A stretch of 60,740 bases of DNA, filler included, from 4 parts of 4 records of this genome joined end to end with filler, not necessarily neighbours in it; one strand, 5' to 3'; positions 44,880 through 55,500 are shown, counted from the first letter of the whole stretch. Program-made: numbers and translations. Notes: a model not told the origin generated them from the letters alone.

Positions 44880-45860
44880 TTATTGCGCGGCGTCCAGTGC
44901 ATCTTGCCATATGTTAATCAGCAGCTCGCGCTGTTCACCTGCTTCTTGTTGATCCAGTTCGAATACTTCAATCTGTTCCAGGTTGGGCAATGAGGAGACT
45001 GCGTTCAGGTCAATATCGGAGCGGACTGGACGGCGGTAGCTGCTTTCCAGTATGGCTTGTTGAAATTCTGCAGATGTTAGCACAGCATACAGCTTGCCGG
45101 CCGCTTCAGGGTGCGGCGCGTCTTTCACCATGAACAGACCCTCAGGTGACAGGAAAGTACCTTCCTGGGGATAGATTAATTCAATGTCTTGCTGGCCACC
45201 TGCTACATAGCGATAGGCCGCATACTCAATGGTGATTCCCACAGGGTATTCTGCGTTAGCCACGCCGCGGTAAACGCTGCTGGATCCGCCTGTAACCACC
45301 ACATTCTCGGCCAGTTTACGCACGCCTTCTTCGCCATACTTCTTGTAAATGCCAAATAGCTGCAAATATGCGGAACTGGAGGCGGTCGGATCACCAAACG
45401 CAATACGCCCTCGATAACGACCGGACAGAAGATCTTCCCAACCTTTAGGGGCATCTCCATCCAGTTGGCTGGCGTTCGTCATCAGTACCACAACATGCAC
45501 ATTGGAACCGGTCCAAAGGTGGTCTGGTCCATTCAGGGCTGCCAGAACAGGTAGCTCGGCGCTGGCTTGAACCGGCTGCATCAATTCAGTGTAATCCGCT
45601 AGGGTACCAAACCCGCTGCTCCAGAATACATCGGCCTGGGGTGCTTGGCTTTCGGCACGAATTCGCTGCAACAAGGTTCCAGTACTGGCTGTGACAACAT
45701 TGATTTTAAGTTCCGGCTCCAGTTCATGCGCAACATCCAGCACTGTCTGTATTGCATCTTCACTATTAGCGGCATAGAAGGTCACTTCTTCGTCCGCTTG
45801 GGCCGCTGCGCTAAACGTCATAGTCATTCCCAGCAAAACACCTGCATATACCTTTTTCAT
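44880..45860 (-). CDS. ABC solute-binding protein (Fe3+/AfuA-like family), probably for phosphonoalanine or phosphonopyruvate
   Basis: Signal peptide, TGTLLQRIRAE...PQADVFW, PKGWEDLL, DPTASSS, IYPQEGT. Last gene of the pal-like operon. Confidence 0.8.
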   Translation of the reverse strand: MKKVYAGVLLGMTMTFSAAAQADEEVTFYAANSEDAIQTVLDVAHELEPELKINVVTASTGTLLQRIRAESQAPQADVFWSSGFGTLADYTELMQPVQASAELPVLAALNGPDHLWTGSNVHVVVLMTNASQLDGDAPKGWEDLLSGRYRGRIAFGDPTASSSAYLQLFGIYKKYGEEGVRKLAENVVVTGGSSSVYRGVANAEYPVGITIEYAAYRYVAGGQQDIELIYPQEGTFLSPEGLFMVKDAPHPEAAGKLYAVLTSAEFQQAILESSYRRPVRSDIDLNAVSSLPNLEQIEVFELDQQEAGEQRELLINIWQDALDAAQ

Positions 45861-45871
45861 AAAGCCTCCAG

Positions 45872-47536
45872 TCAGGCAAAAAGTTTTAGGTTAAACACTC
45901 GGGTTGCAGCGATGACCGGCAGTAAAATAAGGCTGATCATGATCACACCATAGGCGGAGGCCATGGCCATCATGTCACTGTCGATCAAACGGAAAATCTG
46001 AATAGGGAGGGTTTCCTGTCCGGCGGAATACACCACGATGCTGGAGTTAAGCTCTGCCACACTGGTTGCCCACATCAACACACCGGCTGCAGCGATACCT
46101 GCAGACATCAACGGCAGGGATACCTTGAAGAAAGTTTTACACGGTGACACTCCCAAGCTGATAGAGGCAGCTTCCAGGCTGCCATCCACATTATGCAGGT
46201 TGTTGGCAGCATTGCGCACAGCAAAAGGCAGGCGGCGAACGGAATAAGCCAATACCATCAGCATGGAGCTGCCTGCCAGTCCCACCGCGAAGCTGCTGAC
46301 ACCTTGCGCCAGAGCGATACCCAATACCGTACCGGATACGGCCAATGGCAACATGGCAATGAACTCTAGTGCTGGAGATAGGCCACCACGTTTTTTCACC
46401 GTGGCATAGGCCACCAGGGTGCCCAGAATAACTCCGATCAGTGTTGCCAAAGCCGCAAAGCTAAGCGAATTAAGAATGGTCCCCATACCATAGGTCCAGA
46501 CACGCTCAAAATTGTCCAGAGTCCACTCGCCCCATTGCATTACCGGGCCCTGAGCACGAGTAAAGGCACCTACCAGCAGCAATGCCAGCGGCAGCAGTGA
46601 ACCAATCACGACCAGTAAAACCGGCAGGGTATGCAGCCAGGCTGAAAGCCCTGTGAGCCGTTTGGCCAGCAAGGGGCGGCCCTGGGCCATTTCATAGCGT
46701 CCCCGTCCCAAAATCCAGCGTTGGGCCAGCATGACCGAGACCAACAGCAGCGTAGAAACAGTTGCCAGTGTGCTTTGCATGGCGGGGTTAAAGCCAATCT
46801 CACTGAGGAAGGTTTTGTAGGTCAGGATAGACAGCAGTGGAATCCCGTGCCCCAGTGTCATGGCGATGGCAAAGTTACCCAGTACCAGTGTGAATACCAC
46901 CAGGGCTCCGGAAATGATCGCCGGGGACAAGAGCGGTACCAGCACTTTCAGGCGTGCCTGAAATTCTGACAGACCGAGGTTGGTCGCGGCTTCCAGCAAC
47001 TGACGGTCAAAGCCTTTCAGCGCCGACAGTGCCGCCATGTAGACGTAGGCGTAGTAAGTGAATGTCATCACATACACCATGCCAAACCAGCCATAAAAGC
47101 TGGGTAGCTCCATCCCGAGATCCGATAAGGCGCGCGTCAGGACACCGTTGTTGCCAAATACCAGTAACCAGGACTGCACACTGATGATTTCAGGTATCAC
47201 GATGATGCTGATCGGCAGTAAGCTCAGCAACCTTTTGCACGGAAACTCGTAAACCTGAGTGATATAGGCCAGGGAGGCGCCGAGTATGGATGCCGTCAGT
47301 GTCACCAGGGCTGCTAGAAGCATCGAATTAAACAGCCCTTCAAGGTACTCAGATTCGCTGAAAAACGTGCGAAAGCCTTGCAGCGAAAAACCTCCATCCA
47401 CTCCCTGAATGCTCATCAGCAAGAGGTTGACCAGTGGCAAGGCAATCAGGAGCGCCAACAGAATCAGCAGGACAATACTCAGGCTGCGCCAAGAAAATAG
47501 GTAAACCAGCCAGGATGAACAGCTCGAACTAGACAC
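45872..47536 (-). CDS. ABC permease with duplicated TM domains (FbpB/AfuB-like)
   Basis: Two EAA motifs (LLEAATNLG, LEAASISLG). GTG start at 47536 after AAGAGG, overlapping the ATPase stop. Confidence 0.85.
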   Translation of the reverse strand: MSSSSCSSWLVYLFSWRSLSIVLLILLALLIALPLVNLLLMSIQGVDGGFSLQGFRTFFSESEYLEGLFNSMLLAALVTLTASILGASLAYITQVYEFPCKRLLSLLPISIIVIPEIISVQSWLLVFGNNGVLTRALSDLGMELPSFYGWFGMVYVMTFTYYAYVYMAALSALKGFDRQLLEAATNLGLSEFQARLKVLVPLLSPAIISGALVVFTLVLGNFAIAMTLGHGIPLLSILTYKTFLSEIGFNPAMQSTLATVSTLLLVSVMLAQRWILGRGRYEMAQGRPLLAKRLTGLSAWLHTLPVLLVVIGSLLPLALLLVGAFTRAQGPVMQWGEWTLDNFERVWTYGMGTILNSLSFAALATLIGVILGTLVAYATVKKRGGLSPALEFIAMLPLAVSGTVLGIALAQGVSSFAVGLAGSSMLMVLAYSVRRLPFAVRNAANNLHNVDGSLEAASISLGVSPCKTFFKVSLPLMSAGIAAAGVLMWATSVAELNSSIVVYSAGQETLPIQIFRLIDSDMMAMASAYGVIMISLILLPVIAATRVFNLKLFA

Positions 47537-48530
47537 GGTGCATCCTCTTTGGAAACGCCAGATAAGCTCGGTCTCCTTCATTGAGCTCAATCTGATGGTG
47601 AGGATAAGGACTATCCACACGCAGCTGATACACTTCGCCTTCGTATGCCCACTCGACCCGGTAGCTGGTTTTATAGCCCAGATATTGCGCAGAGCGTACC
47701 AGTACTTGTTGGCAATCCGGGTGTGCCGAACGGTGCAGTATCAGTTGTTCCGGACGCACTACCCATTGTTTTCGAGATGCATGGGCATCTGTTTGTTGCA
47801 CATGGGAAGGCAACAGATTAGCTGAGCCGATAAAGTCCGCGACGTAAGCATTGGTAGGGGTGGCGTATACCTCTTTGGGCGTGCCGACCTGCTCAATCTT
47901 GCCAGACTGCATAATGGCGATCTGGTCTGACATGGCCAAGGCTTCTTCCTGATCGTGGGTCACAAATACTGTGGTAATACCACTCTCGCTCTGCAGGCGG
48001 CAGATCAACTCTCGCATCTGTAAACGCAAGCGAGCATCTAGATTGGAGAGAGGTTCATCCATTAGCAGCAAGCGAGGTTTGATGACCAGGGCGCGTGCCA
48101 AGGCGACACGCTGCTTCTGACCACCGCTCAACTGGGCAGGAAAACGGTCGCGATAGTTGCTCAAGGCAACTTGCTCAAGTGCCTCATCCACGCGAGCCTG
48201 AAGTTCGCCTCTGGCAATTCCCCGGGCCTTGAGGCCATAGCCGATATTGTCAGCGACGTTATGGTGTGGAAACAGCGCATAGTCCTGAAACACCAGCCCT
48301 ATATCGCGTTTGTGTGCTGGCAGTCGGGTCACGTTCTGCTGCCCGAAGCGGATCTCTCCGCCTGCAGGGGTTATGAAACCCGCCAAGGTACGCAGCAGGG
48401 TTGTTTTACCGCAACCACTGGGTCCCAGGAGTGTAAAAAAGCAGCCTTGATCAATGTGCAGGCTGAGCTGCTCGATGACCGTTGTCTGTTCATACTGAAT
48501 GCTGAGGTTGTTGATATGGATATCAGACAT
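47529..48530 (-). CDS. ABC ATP-binding protein (FbpC/PotA-like)
   Basis: GPSGCGKTT, VFQDYALFPH, LSGGQKQRVALARAL, MDEPLSNLD, VTHDQEEA. Start at ATG 48530. Confidence 0.92.
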   Translation of the reverse strand: MSDIHINNLSIQYEQTTVIEQLSLHIDQGCFFTLLGPSGCGKTTLLRTLAGFITPAGGEIRFGQQNVTRLPAHKRDIGLVFQDYALFPHHNVADNIGYGLKARGIARGELQARVDEALEQVALSNYRDRFPAQLSGGQKQRVALARALVIKPRLLLMDEPLSNLDARLRLQMRELICRLQSESGITTVFVTHDQEEALAMSDQIAIMQSGKIEQVGTPKEVYATPTNAYVADFIGSANLLPSHVQQTDAHASRKQWVVRPEQLILHRSAHPDCQQVLVRSAQYLGYKTSYRVEWAYEGEVYQLRVDSPYPHHQIELNEGDRAYLAFPKRMHRV

Positions 48531-48546
48531 GATCGTTACCGGATAC

Positions 48547-49419
48547 TTAACGCAGATATAGGCGCTCCAGGTCACGCATCTTAGCGTCCCCCTGAAGTTC
48601 AATGATTTCGTTGACGCTGGTGAAGTCGTCCGGCAAGCAATGAATACCTCCTTGCTCCCTGATTTGCCGGAAGATTTCACGCATTGCCCAGGTCGCGCTG
48701 CGAATGGCATGATTGCCATAGATCACGATGCCAACCTTTTTAAGGGCCCGGATATCGGCTTCGCGCAATTGGGGATATGCAGTCGGTACCAGAACCAATG
48801 GTGTATCCAGATCCCATCGCTCGACAAAGGCGAGTATTTCGTCAGGCGTTGTCTGTTTAGAATGCACCAGCACCGCATCAGCACCGGCACCGGCATAGGC
48901 CTTCGCCCGTTCCAACGCTGTTTCAATTGACAGTCCAGCAATCAGTGCTTCGGTGCGCGCGATCACCACAAAGTCCGGATTTAGCTGTGCCGCTTTACAG
49001 GCGCGGATCTTGCCTTCAAACGTGGCCACATCTACTAGCACCTGACGTGCGTTTTCACGCAAGCTGGTGTCCTTGGGAAAGGTTTTATCCTCTACGACTA
49101 TTGCTGCCACACCGGCTGCCTCATACTGCGGCAGGATGTATCCCAGGGTCACGGCATTGCCAAAGCCGGTGTCCAGGTCAGCAATGAGCGGTATGGTTGT
49201 TACGCTGGCAATCGCCCGCATCATTTCCAGGTGTGTCCCGAAGGGCAAGATATTGGCATCCGGTACTGCATAGCTGGCAGACAGCTCAAACCCGCTGCCC
49301 CAAAGGCAATCAAACCCTGCTTCTTCGACCAGTCTGGCTGAGAGTGGATTGTGCACAGCCATGGCAGTTTGCATGTGCCCGGCTTTTAGAAATTCACGTA
49401 ACTGTCGGCTTCTGTTCAT
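48547..49419 (-). CDS. palA: Phosphonopyruvate hydrolase (PEP mutase/isocitrate lyase superfamily)
   Basis: 290 aa. WGSGFELSASYAVPDANIL, DLDTGFGNA and LVLVPTAYP. The active-site loop is EDKTFPKDTSL as I recall it in Variovorax Pal2 PPH, not the EDKxxxxxNS of PEP mutase. Confidence 0.9.
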   Translation of the reverse strand: MNRSRQLREFLKAGHMQTAMAVHNPLSARLVEEAGFDCLWGSGFELSASYAVPDANILPFGTHLEMMRAIASVTTIPLIADLDTGFGNAVTLGYILPQYEAAGVAAIVVEDKTFPKDTSLRENARQVLVDVATFEGKIRACKAAQLNPDFVVIARTEALIAGLSIETALERAKAYAGAGADAVLVHSKQTTPDEILAFVERWDLDTPLVLVPTAYPQLREADIRALKKVGIVIYGNHAIRSATWAMREIFRQIREQGGIHCLPDDFTSVNEIIELQGDAKMRDLERLYLR

Positions 49420-50642
49420 GCGTTATCCCTCGTCATCAGGCTGTTGCAGACGACTGCAATACGACGCATGGCTTCTTCCAACTGCGGTAATGCATTGCCG
49501 TAAGACAAGCGGAAGTATCCTGGCAGATCAAAGGCACTTCCGGGGACCACCGCCACGCCAGCTTCCTCCAGTAGATAAAGCGCTACATCCTGATCGGTTT
49601 GTAGTGTCTGGCCCGAGGGCATTACCAATCCCAGCAAGGATTGGCAGTTAACGAACATATAAAAGGCTCCTTGCGGAACACGACAACTGAGCCCGGGGAT
49701 TTGCTGTATCGACGTCATAACCAGATCCCGACGTCGTGTCAGCTCAGCCACACAGTCGGTGATAAAGGTATGCGGCTGTTGCAGGGCACTCAGCGCTGCC
49801 GCCTGGCTGATGGAGCTGGCATGGGATGTAGACTGGGACTGCAGCAGATTCAGTGCCTTGATCAATATCTCCGGTCCTGCACAGTAACCTACGCGCCATC
49901 CTGTCATCGCCCAGGCTTTGGACAGCCCATTGATCGTCAGAGTGCGCTCCAGCAGTTCCGGCACGGCGGCAGCAAAACTGGTGAAAGGCTGATCGTCATA
50001 GCGCAGGTGCTCATAGATTTCATCTGTAATCACCCATACTTGTGGGTAATCTTGCAGCACGTCACCCAACGCCCTGAGTTCCGAGCGGGTGTAGAGTGCA
50101 CCTGAGGGGTTGACGGGGTTATTCAGTAACAACCATTTGGTGTTGTCACTGATTGCTGCGCGTAGTTGCTCGGGCGTCAGTTTGAATCCGGCCTCCTCTT
50201 CACAACGCAAGAGATGGGGTTCTCCGGATGCCAGTCGCACCATTTCTGGATAGGACGGCCAGGAGGGAGTAGGAATGAGGACTTCATCTCCTTCATTCAG
50301 CGTTGCCTGAAAGGCATTAAACAGGATTTGCTTGGCCCCACTGGCAACCTGTATCTGATCAAGTGAGTAGTTCAGGCCGTTCTCAGACTGGAGCTTGTGC
50401 TGCACCGCCTGACGCAGCTCGGCGCTACCCGCAACCTCTGTATAACGGGTTTGTCCCTGATCCATCGCAGTACGGGCCGCTTCACGGATAGGCTTAGGTG
50501 TATCGAAATCAAGCTCACCTTGGCTCAGGGTAATGATGTCATGCCCCTGATCTCGCAGTTGTTTTGCTTTCAGTGTCACCGCTTTGGTTGCTGAAGGGTT
50601 GGCTGTCAAAACGCGCCGAGCCAAGAAAGAGTTTATGGTCAT
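49416..50642 (-). CDS. palB: PLP-dependent class I (aspartate-type) aminotransferase, probably phosphonoalanine aminotransferase
   Basis: GELDFDTP, GAKQ, NNPVNPSG, DEIYEH, NGLSKAWAMTGWRVGY, GYFRLSY. Stop overlaps the palA start (ATGA). Substrate inferred from context. Confidence 0.8.
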   Translation of the reverse strand: MTINSFLARRVLTANPSATKAVTLKAKQLRDQGHDIITLSQGELDFDTPKPIREAARTAMDQGQTRYTEVAGSAELRQAVQHKLQSENGLNYSLDQIQVASGAKQILFNAFQATLNEGDEVLIPTPSWPSYPEMVRLASGEPHLLRCEEEAGFKLTPEQLRAAISDNTKWLLLNNPVNPSGALYTRSELRALGDVLQDYPQVWVITDEIYEHLRYDDQPFTSFAAAVPELLERTLTINGLSKAWAMTGWRVGYCAGPEILIKALNLLQSQSTSHASSISQAAALSALQQPHTFITDCVAELTRRRDLVMTSIQQIPGLSCRVPQGAFYMFVNCQSLLGLVMPSGQTLQTDQDVALYLLEEAGVAVVPGSAFDLPGYFRLSYGNALPQLEEAMRRIAVVCNSLMTRDNA

Positions 50643-50684
50643 AAGAGTGCCTTTTCCAAACTGCTGAATCGTGAAAGAGGGCGC

Positions 50685-50744
50685 AGTATGGTGTGAGGCC
50701 CTTGCATTTTAATGACAAAAAACGCTCTAATTGATAATAACTCA
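50685..50744 (-). promoter_or_regulatory. Putative pal operon promoter: LysR T-N11-A box, Pho-box-like 18-mer and -10 CATACT
   Basis: TGA-N7-TCA at 50732-50744. On the minus strand, TTGTCATTAAAATGCAAG (50718-50701), then a 10-nt spacer, then CATACT (50690-50685). Confidence 0.5.
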
Positions 50745-50764
50745 TGTTGGATTGACTTTTTGTT

Positions 50765-51631
50765 ATGTCAAAGTCCGAACTACCACTGAATGCTATTCGT
50801 GTCTTCGTCACCATTGTCCAGAATCGCAGCCTGACGCTGGCTGCACGTGCGCTTGGCATTTCACAAAGTGCTGTCAGCCGTCATCTGTCGTCTTTGGAAC
50901 ACTATGCCGGCCAGAAACTTATTGAACGTGCTCCGTTTAAGCTCACGCCGACCGGGTTGCAGTTTTTCGAACTGGTGGAAGAGTCTGTCGGAACGATTGA
51001 AATGGCTGCACGTCAGTTGCCACAGGTGGCTAATGCTCCATCCAGCCTGCTATTACGGACGTCCATGGCTAGCTTCTCCATGGCGGTATTAGTGCCGTTG
51101 ATTGCGGAATACACACGACAAACACGTGTGGAGGTTAGCCTGCTGACCTCCATGTCACAGCCGGAACCTGATGATGAATTTGATATTCTGATTTCCCGGG
51201 ATCTGAAGTTGAACAGCACAGACCACTGGCAGCTGTGCGGGGAAGAGCTAGTTTGTGTGGGGGCTCCCGAACTGGTGAACGCTTATGCGATGCAGACGCA
51301 GGTGCATAGTTGGCCCATGATCAAAACACGTTCACGACCGGATGTTATTCCTTTCTGGAGTCAGACTCGGGAAGTGTCTGCTGCCGCAATCCAGACCAAA
51401 GCCACCTATGACCATCTTTACCTTTCGGTCGCGGCGGCAGTGGCAGGCATCGGCTTTTTAATTACGCCTGAAATACTGGTGCGTGAACAAATCAAGCTTG
51501 GCTCTTTGGTAGCGGTGCACGCTCCCCTCAGGTATACCGCGCAGTACTCTGCTTTTATCAACCGATCCAGCCTGAAAGTGCAGCTGGCCATCGATTTTTG
51601 CCGCTGGCTTAAACTACAGCTGTACGCTTAA
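50765..51631 (+). CDS. LysR-family regulator (GcvA/TrpI-like N-terminus), PalR-like
   Basis: LPLNAIRVF...SLTLAARALGISQSAVSRHLSSLE HTH. Divergent from palB. Confidence 0.88.
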   Translation: MSKSELPLNAIRVFVTIVQNRSLTLAARALGISQSAVSRHLSSLEHYAGQKLIERAPFKLTPTGLQFFELVEESVGTIEMAARQLPQVANAPSSLLLRTSMASFSMAVLVPLIAEYTRQTRVEVSLLTSMSQPEPDDEFDILISRDLKLNSTDHWQLCGEELVCVGAPELVNAYAMQTQVHSWPMIKTRSRPDVIPFWSQTREVSAAAIQTKATYDHLYLSVAAAVAGIGFLITPEILVREQIKLGSLVAVHAPLRYTAQYSAFINRSSLKVQLAIDFCRWLKLQLYA

Positions 51632-51721
51632 CTGAACTCAGGTGCCTAATATCTGGTGGAACTGGCGTCAGTCGACACAGACCAGATTGAACGGTGTGAA
51701 TAGGTGAAAAGGTTTACGCCC

Positions 51722-51943
51722 ATGAGTGCGAACGATCTTGCGGCCAACACTATGTTGTTCTTCGAGAGGCAAGACTTGGATTTGCCTTACTATCGGAGGT
51801 TTCCCAACGGCTTCAGCCTGACAGGCTGGGGCATCGTGCTTGCAGCCGTCGCGGTCTCTTTCGTCGTGCTCATCGTCGCCCAGCCATTGTTCCACAGCGG
51901 CTTCGGCGGTTTCATCCCTCCGCTGTTGTTCGTCCTCATTCCT
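51722..51943 (+). CDS. Membrane protein N-terminal fragment, possibly a CPBP/CAAX-type intramembrane protease
   Basis: Open to the contig end. DLPYY...W-led hydrophobic helices. Start and family are uncertain because no catalytic motif is visible. Confidence 0.4.
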
Positions 51944-52043
51944 NNNNNNNNNNNNNNNNNNNNNNNNNNNNNNNNNNNNNNNNNNNNTTAATTAATTAAN
52001 NNNNNNNNNNNNNNNNNNNNNNNNNNNNNNNNNNNNNNNNNNN
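51944..52043. other. Artificial contig-joining linker
   Basis: N44-TTAATTAATTAA-N44. Confidence 0.97.
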
Positions 52044-52517
52044 TTTTTTTTCTGTAAGCATCGCCATGTGCCGGCGTGTGACTCATTGTGCACAGCATGT
52101 TTGGTAAGACTGAGAGAGACGGCCTCGATGTGCCCCATGCCCCTGTTCCCTCCCAGTCCCCCAAAGAAAACAACGACAACAACAGAAAATGAGCAAAGTC
52201 TGAGTCTATCGCAGTTCTTGCACGCACATGCAGCCGGCGCGCGCTTGCCAAACAAGAGGAGGGCGCACCTTGGCTGTGCTATGCGCTTGGCAAGATGAAT
52301 GCATGCTGCGTGTTGTGACGACGCAGGCGCGTGCATTCCATGTATTTCATCGTTCCCTCTTGCGCGCGAGAGGAGCACGCTTCCTCCTCGCCGCCCACGG
52401 CCACACTATTGCAGAGACAGCGGTCCGCTGCCCGCGTCTTGCTACAGCGTGCAGCAGTTTGGCCGCGGACCGCAGCGTTTCGCGTAGCAGCGACCGTGCC
52501 CTTGCCCATTCTGCACT

Positions 52518-55500
52518 TCACGCTGCATCGTCTTCGTCATCGGATACGGCTGGCAATCTCGACAATACGCGACGCGAATACTCAGTAACGAGCTTCGCGT
52601 CGCGCGGCTCGCACGTTGCGGCGTAGGCAGTAAGAACGCTATCGTCGCGGCCGATCTGGAGAGAGTGGTAGAGCGCCCGCTCGGCCGCCAGCTTGACGAC
52701 AATGTTGCGGTCGCGTGCGGCAGCGAGCAAAGGGGGCACCAAGTCCGGAAGGAACGAGCGCACTGACTCTGGCGAGCACTTGGCCAGCTCGCGCACAGCG
52801 TCCACCGCGCCCTGCCGTTCGTCCCCGCCCGCGTCACTCTTGAGAGCGGCGGCCAATTTCCCCACAAACCGGGAGGCTATCTCTGGTGGCGCGCCTCCCG
52901 CAAGAAGCGCGCCGACCGCGCCAAGAGCCGCTGCGCGCACTGGAGCGCGCTCGTCGCCAAGAAGATCATCCAGGCGCTGCAGCACATCCGCTCCACACGC
53001 CTCGTGTACGTCTGCCCACGCGACTGCGCGCAGCACATGCGCGAGCGCCAGCGCTCCACCGTGCCGCTCTGCCCAGCCGTCGCCGCCGCTGCCGCTTCCG
53101 AAGCACGACTGCACCAGCGAGGCGAGCGCCTCGCCTCGCAGCGACGCCGCTGCGCCACCAACGCACCGCGCCGCGCTATCCCGCGTGGGAGCGTGCGCCG
53201 CGGTGAGGAACGGTGCGGCGCGCGCTGCCGCATCTGCGCGGGCGGGCGGAGCCACCCGGTCGCCGGCAGCTGCAAGCACGGCCGCAAGAGCGGCAAGCGC
53301 CGCTGACCGGACACCTCCGTCCGTGCCCGCGCCGGCTGCGCTGTCGGCGTCGTTCGCAGAAGCTGCAAGATTGCCGAGATCGGCGGCAAGCGCGGCCGCG
53401 CGCGGTGTGAGAGTGGCAAGCGCACCGAGCGCTTCCGCCGCAAGGTCGCGGACGCGAGGCGCTGTGTCCGAGAGCGCGCGAACGAACGTCGTCTGCAACT
53501 GAGGCACAAAGGCCTTGAGGGCAGGGCCAGCGCGCTCGAGCATCTGGCGCAAAGTGCGCAGAATGGCGGCCTTCACGGGCCACGGGAAGCGATCGCCAAC
53601 GACGCGAATGAGAGGGCCGGTGATTTTGATCGCGTACGGGCGAAGTGCAGCCGCGTCCGTAGCACCAACGAGAATTCCCACCGCGTCGGCGGCAGACTCG
53701 CGCGTTTCGGCGGACCCGTTCAGCAGACCATTGAGAAACACGGGGAGAACTGGATCGAGCCCACGCGGGCGCGCCAATGCCGGAATGGAGCCGCCGTGGA
53801 GGCGCGCAGTGCGCTCGACGGCCTCTCGCAGCGCCGCCACATACTGCGCGGCCTTGCCTTTATCGATTGTCGCGGTAGCAGCCCCGAGAGCCCGATGCGC
53901 AGCTGCCGCGACAAGCTCGTCGTCATGCGCAAGCTGCGGCACAAGGGACGCGATAAGCGACGTGAGAGCATCGCGCTGCAGCAGGCTCGTGCCGGCGGCG
54001 CGCGCCACAACGACGCTGAGAGCGTCCAAGCACGCCGCCGTCTCGCGGTTGGCGGCCGCGCTGTCCGCGGGTGTCGGCCCCAGCGATGTGCCACCGCTCC
54101 CGGCGCGCTCCAGGGCATCCATGAGCACGGCTGCGCCAGCGTTATCGGACAAGCCCGCGAGCGCCTCGAGCGCCTTCCGTGCGGCAGCTGCCTGCGCTGC
54201 GGGTCCTTCTGCACCATCCTGCGCTCCCGCATCAACGTCTGCTCCTTCAAGCGCCACAGTTCGTACCAAAGCGGCGGCGATGTCGGTCACATGGGCGCGC
54301 AGCGCTGCGCCGGCGACGCCGCAGAGCGCCTGCAGAGCGCGCGCGTGAGCGGTGGCAACTGGGACCTCTAGCAGGGGCGGCAGCAGATGAGGCAGCACCA
54401 CATGCGAGCGCACCGTCACGAGCTGCCGCAGCGCATCCAGAACGGGGTTCTCGTCCGCGCCCGCGCTCTCCCCGCCGGCATCGGCACCCGGCGACGAGAG
54501 GCGCGCAAGGAGCGCTGGTACAACAGCCTCCACAGCGCGCGCGCCCAGCGCGCGATGCAGCGCGTCGAACGCCTGCGCGGCGGCCCCGCGCACCGAGGCA
54601 TCTGGATCGGCAAGCGCGTCCCGCATCGCTTCCACAATGTCAGCCTCGTATTCGGCCACGGCATCCGATCCGGCCTGCGCCAGCACCTCCCCGAGGCCAC
54701 GGCATGCACCCTGTCTAACCGCAGCGCGCTCTGCGCGCGCCGCGGAGCACAGCAACGGGAGCACGCGCGCAAGTACCGCAGCGCCGAGCTTTCCCACAAG
54801 ATCGCCCAGGGCGCGCCCCGCCGTGTACTGACGCTCTTCGTCCGCAGCTGCGAGCCCGCGAATGATCGTGAGAACCAGCTCGGGAAGGATCTCCGCCAGC
54901 GCGCGCCCTGTGTGCGTCACCAGACTCTTCCACACGTACGCCGCTGCGTGCTGGACAGTAGCGGCGGGATCGCCGCGCGCCACGTACAGCGCGGCAAGCA
55001 CTGCCGCGCGCCGTTCCGAGCCGAGCGTCTCGAGCACAGCGCGCTGCTGCGACCGTGTGGCCAGGCCGTCGTCGTCAGCGCCCACCGACATCACGCCGCG
55101 TCCGCGCTGCTCGTCGCTTTCGTCGGCGCGTCTCTCGCCGGCAGCATTCTCGTCAGAGACTGCGTGCCCAGCGGTATCTCCCGCACTCGTGCTGGCGGCG
55201 ATGGACGACATGAGATCGCCGACCAGGTTCACCGCAGCGCGCCTGTGGCGCCAGTTTGCATGGGCCATGCCATCCAGCAGCGGGGGGAGAATTTCGGCAG
55301 CACTCGAGCGGCCGAATCGCGTCACAAGCGCCTGTGCGGCGCGCATAGCGGCGTCGCGCACGAACTCGGCCTCGTCGCAAGCGCCGGCGATGAGAAGCGG
55401 GAGCGCGCGCGGAATATGCGGCGCGAACGCGTCGCCCAAAGCGCTTGGCAGGAACACAAACACAGACAGTGCACCCTCGCGAACGAAAGCACGCTCGTCT

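Noticed and set aside
48547-49419. PEP mutase (pepM) marking a phosphonate biosynthetic cluster
   Set aside because: The loop is EDKTFPKDTS rather than EDKxxxxxNS, there is no decarboxylase or nucleotidyltransferase nearby, and an importer plus LysR point to catabolism.
52044-52051. T8 at the contig start as a poly(A) tail of the GCN1 mRNA
   Set aside because: Only 8 nt long, and the contig appears to retain an intron, so a genomic homopolymer at an assembly break is equally likely.
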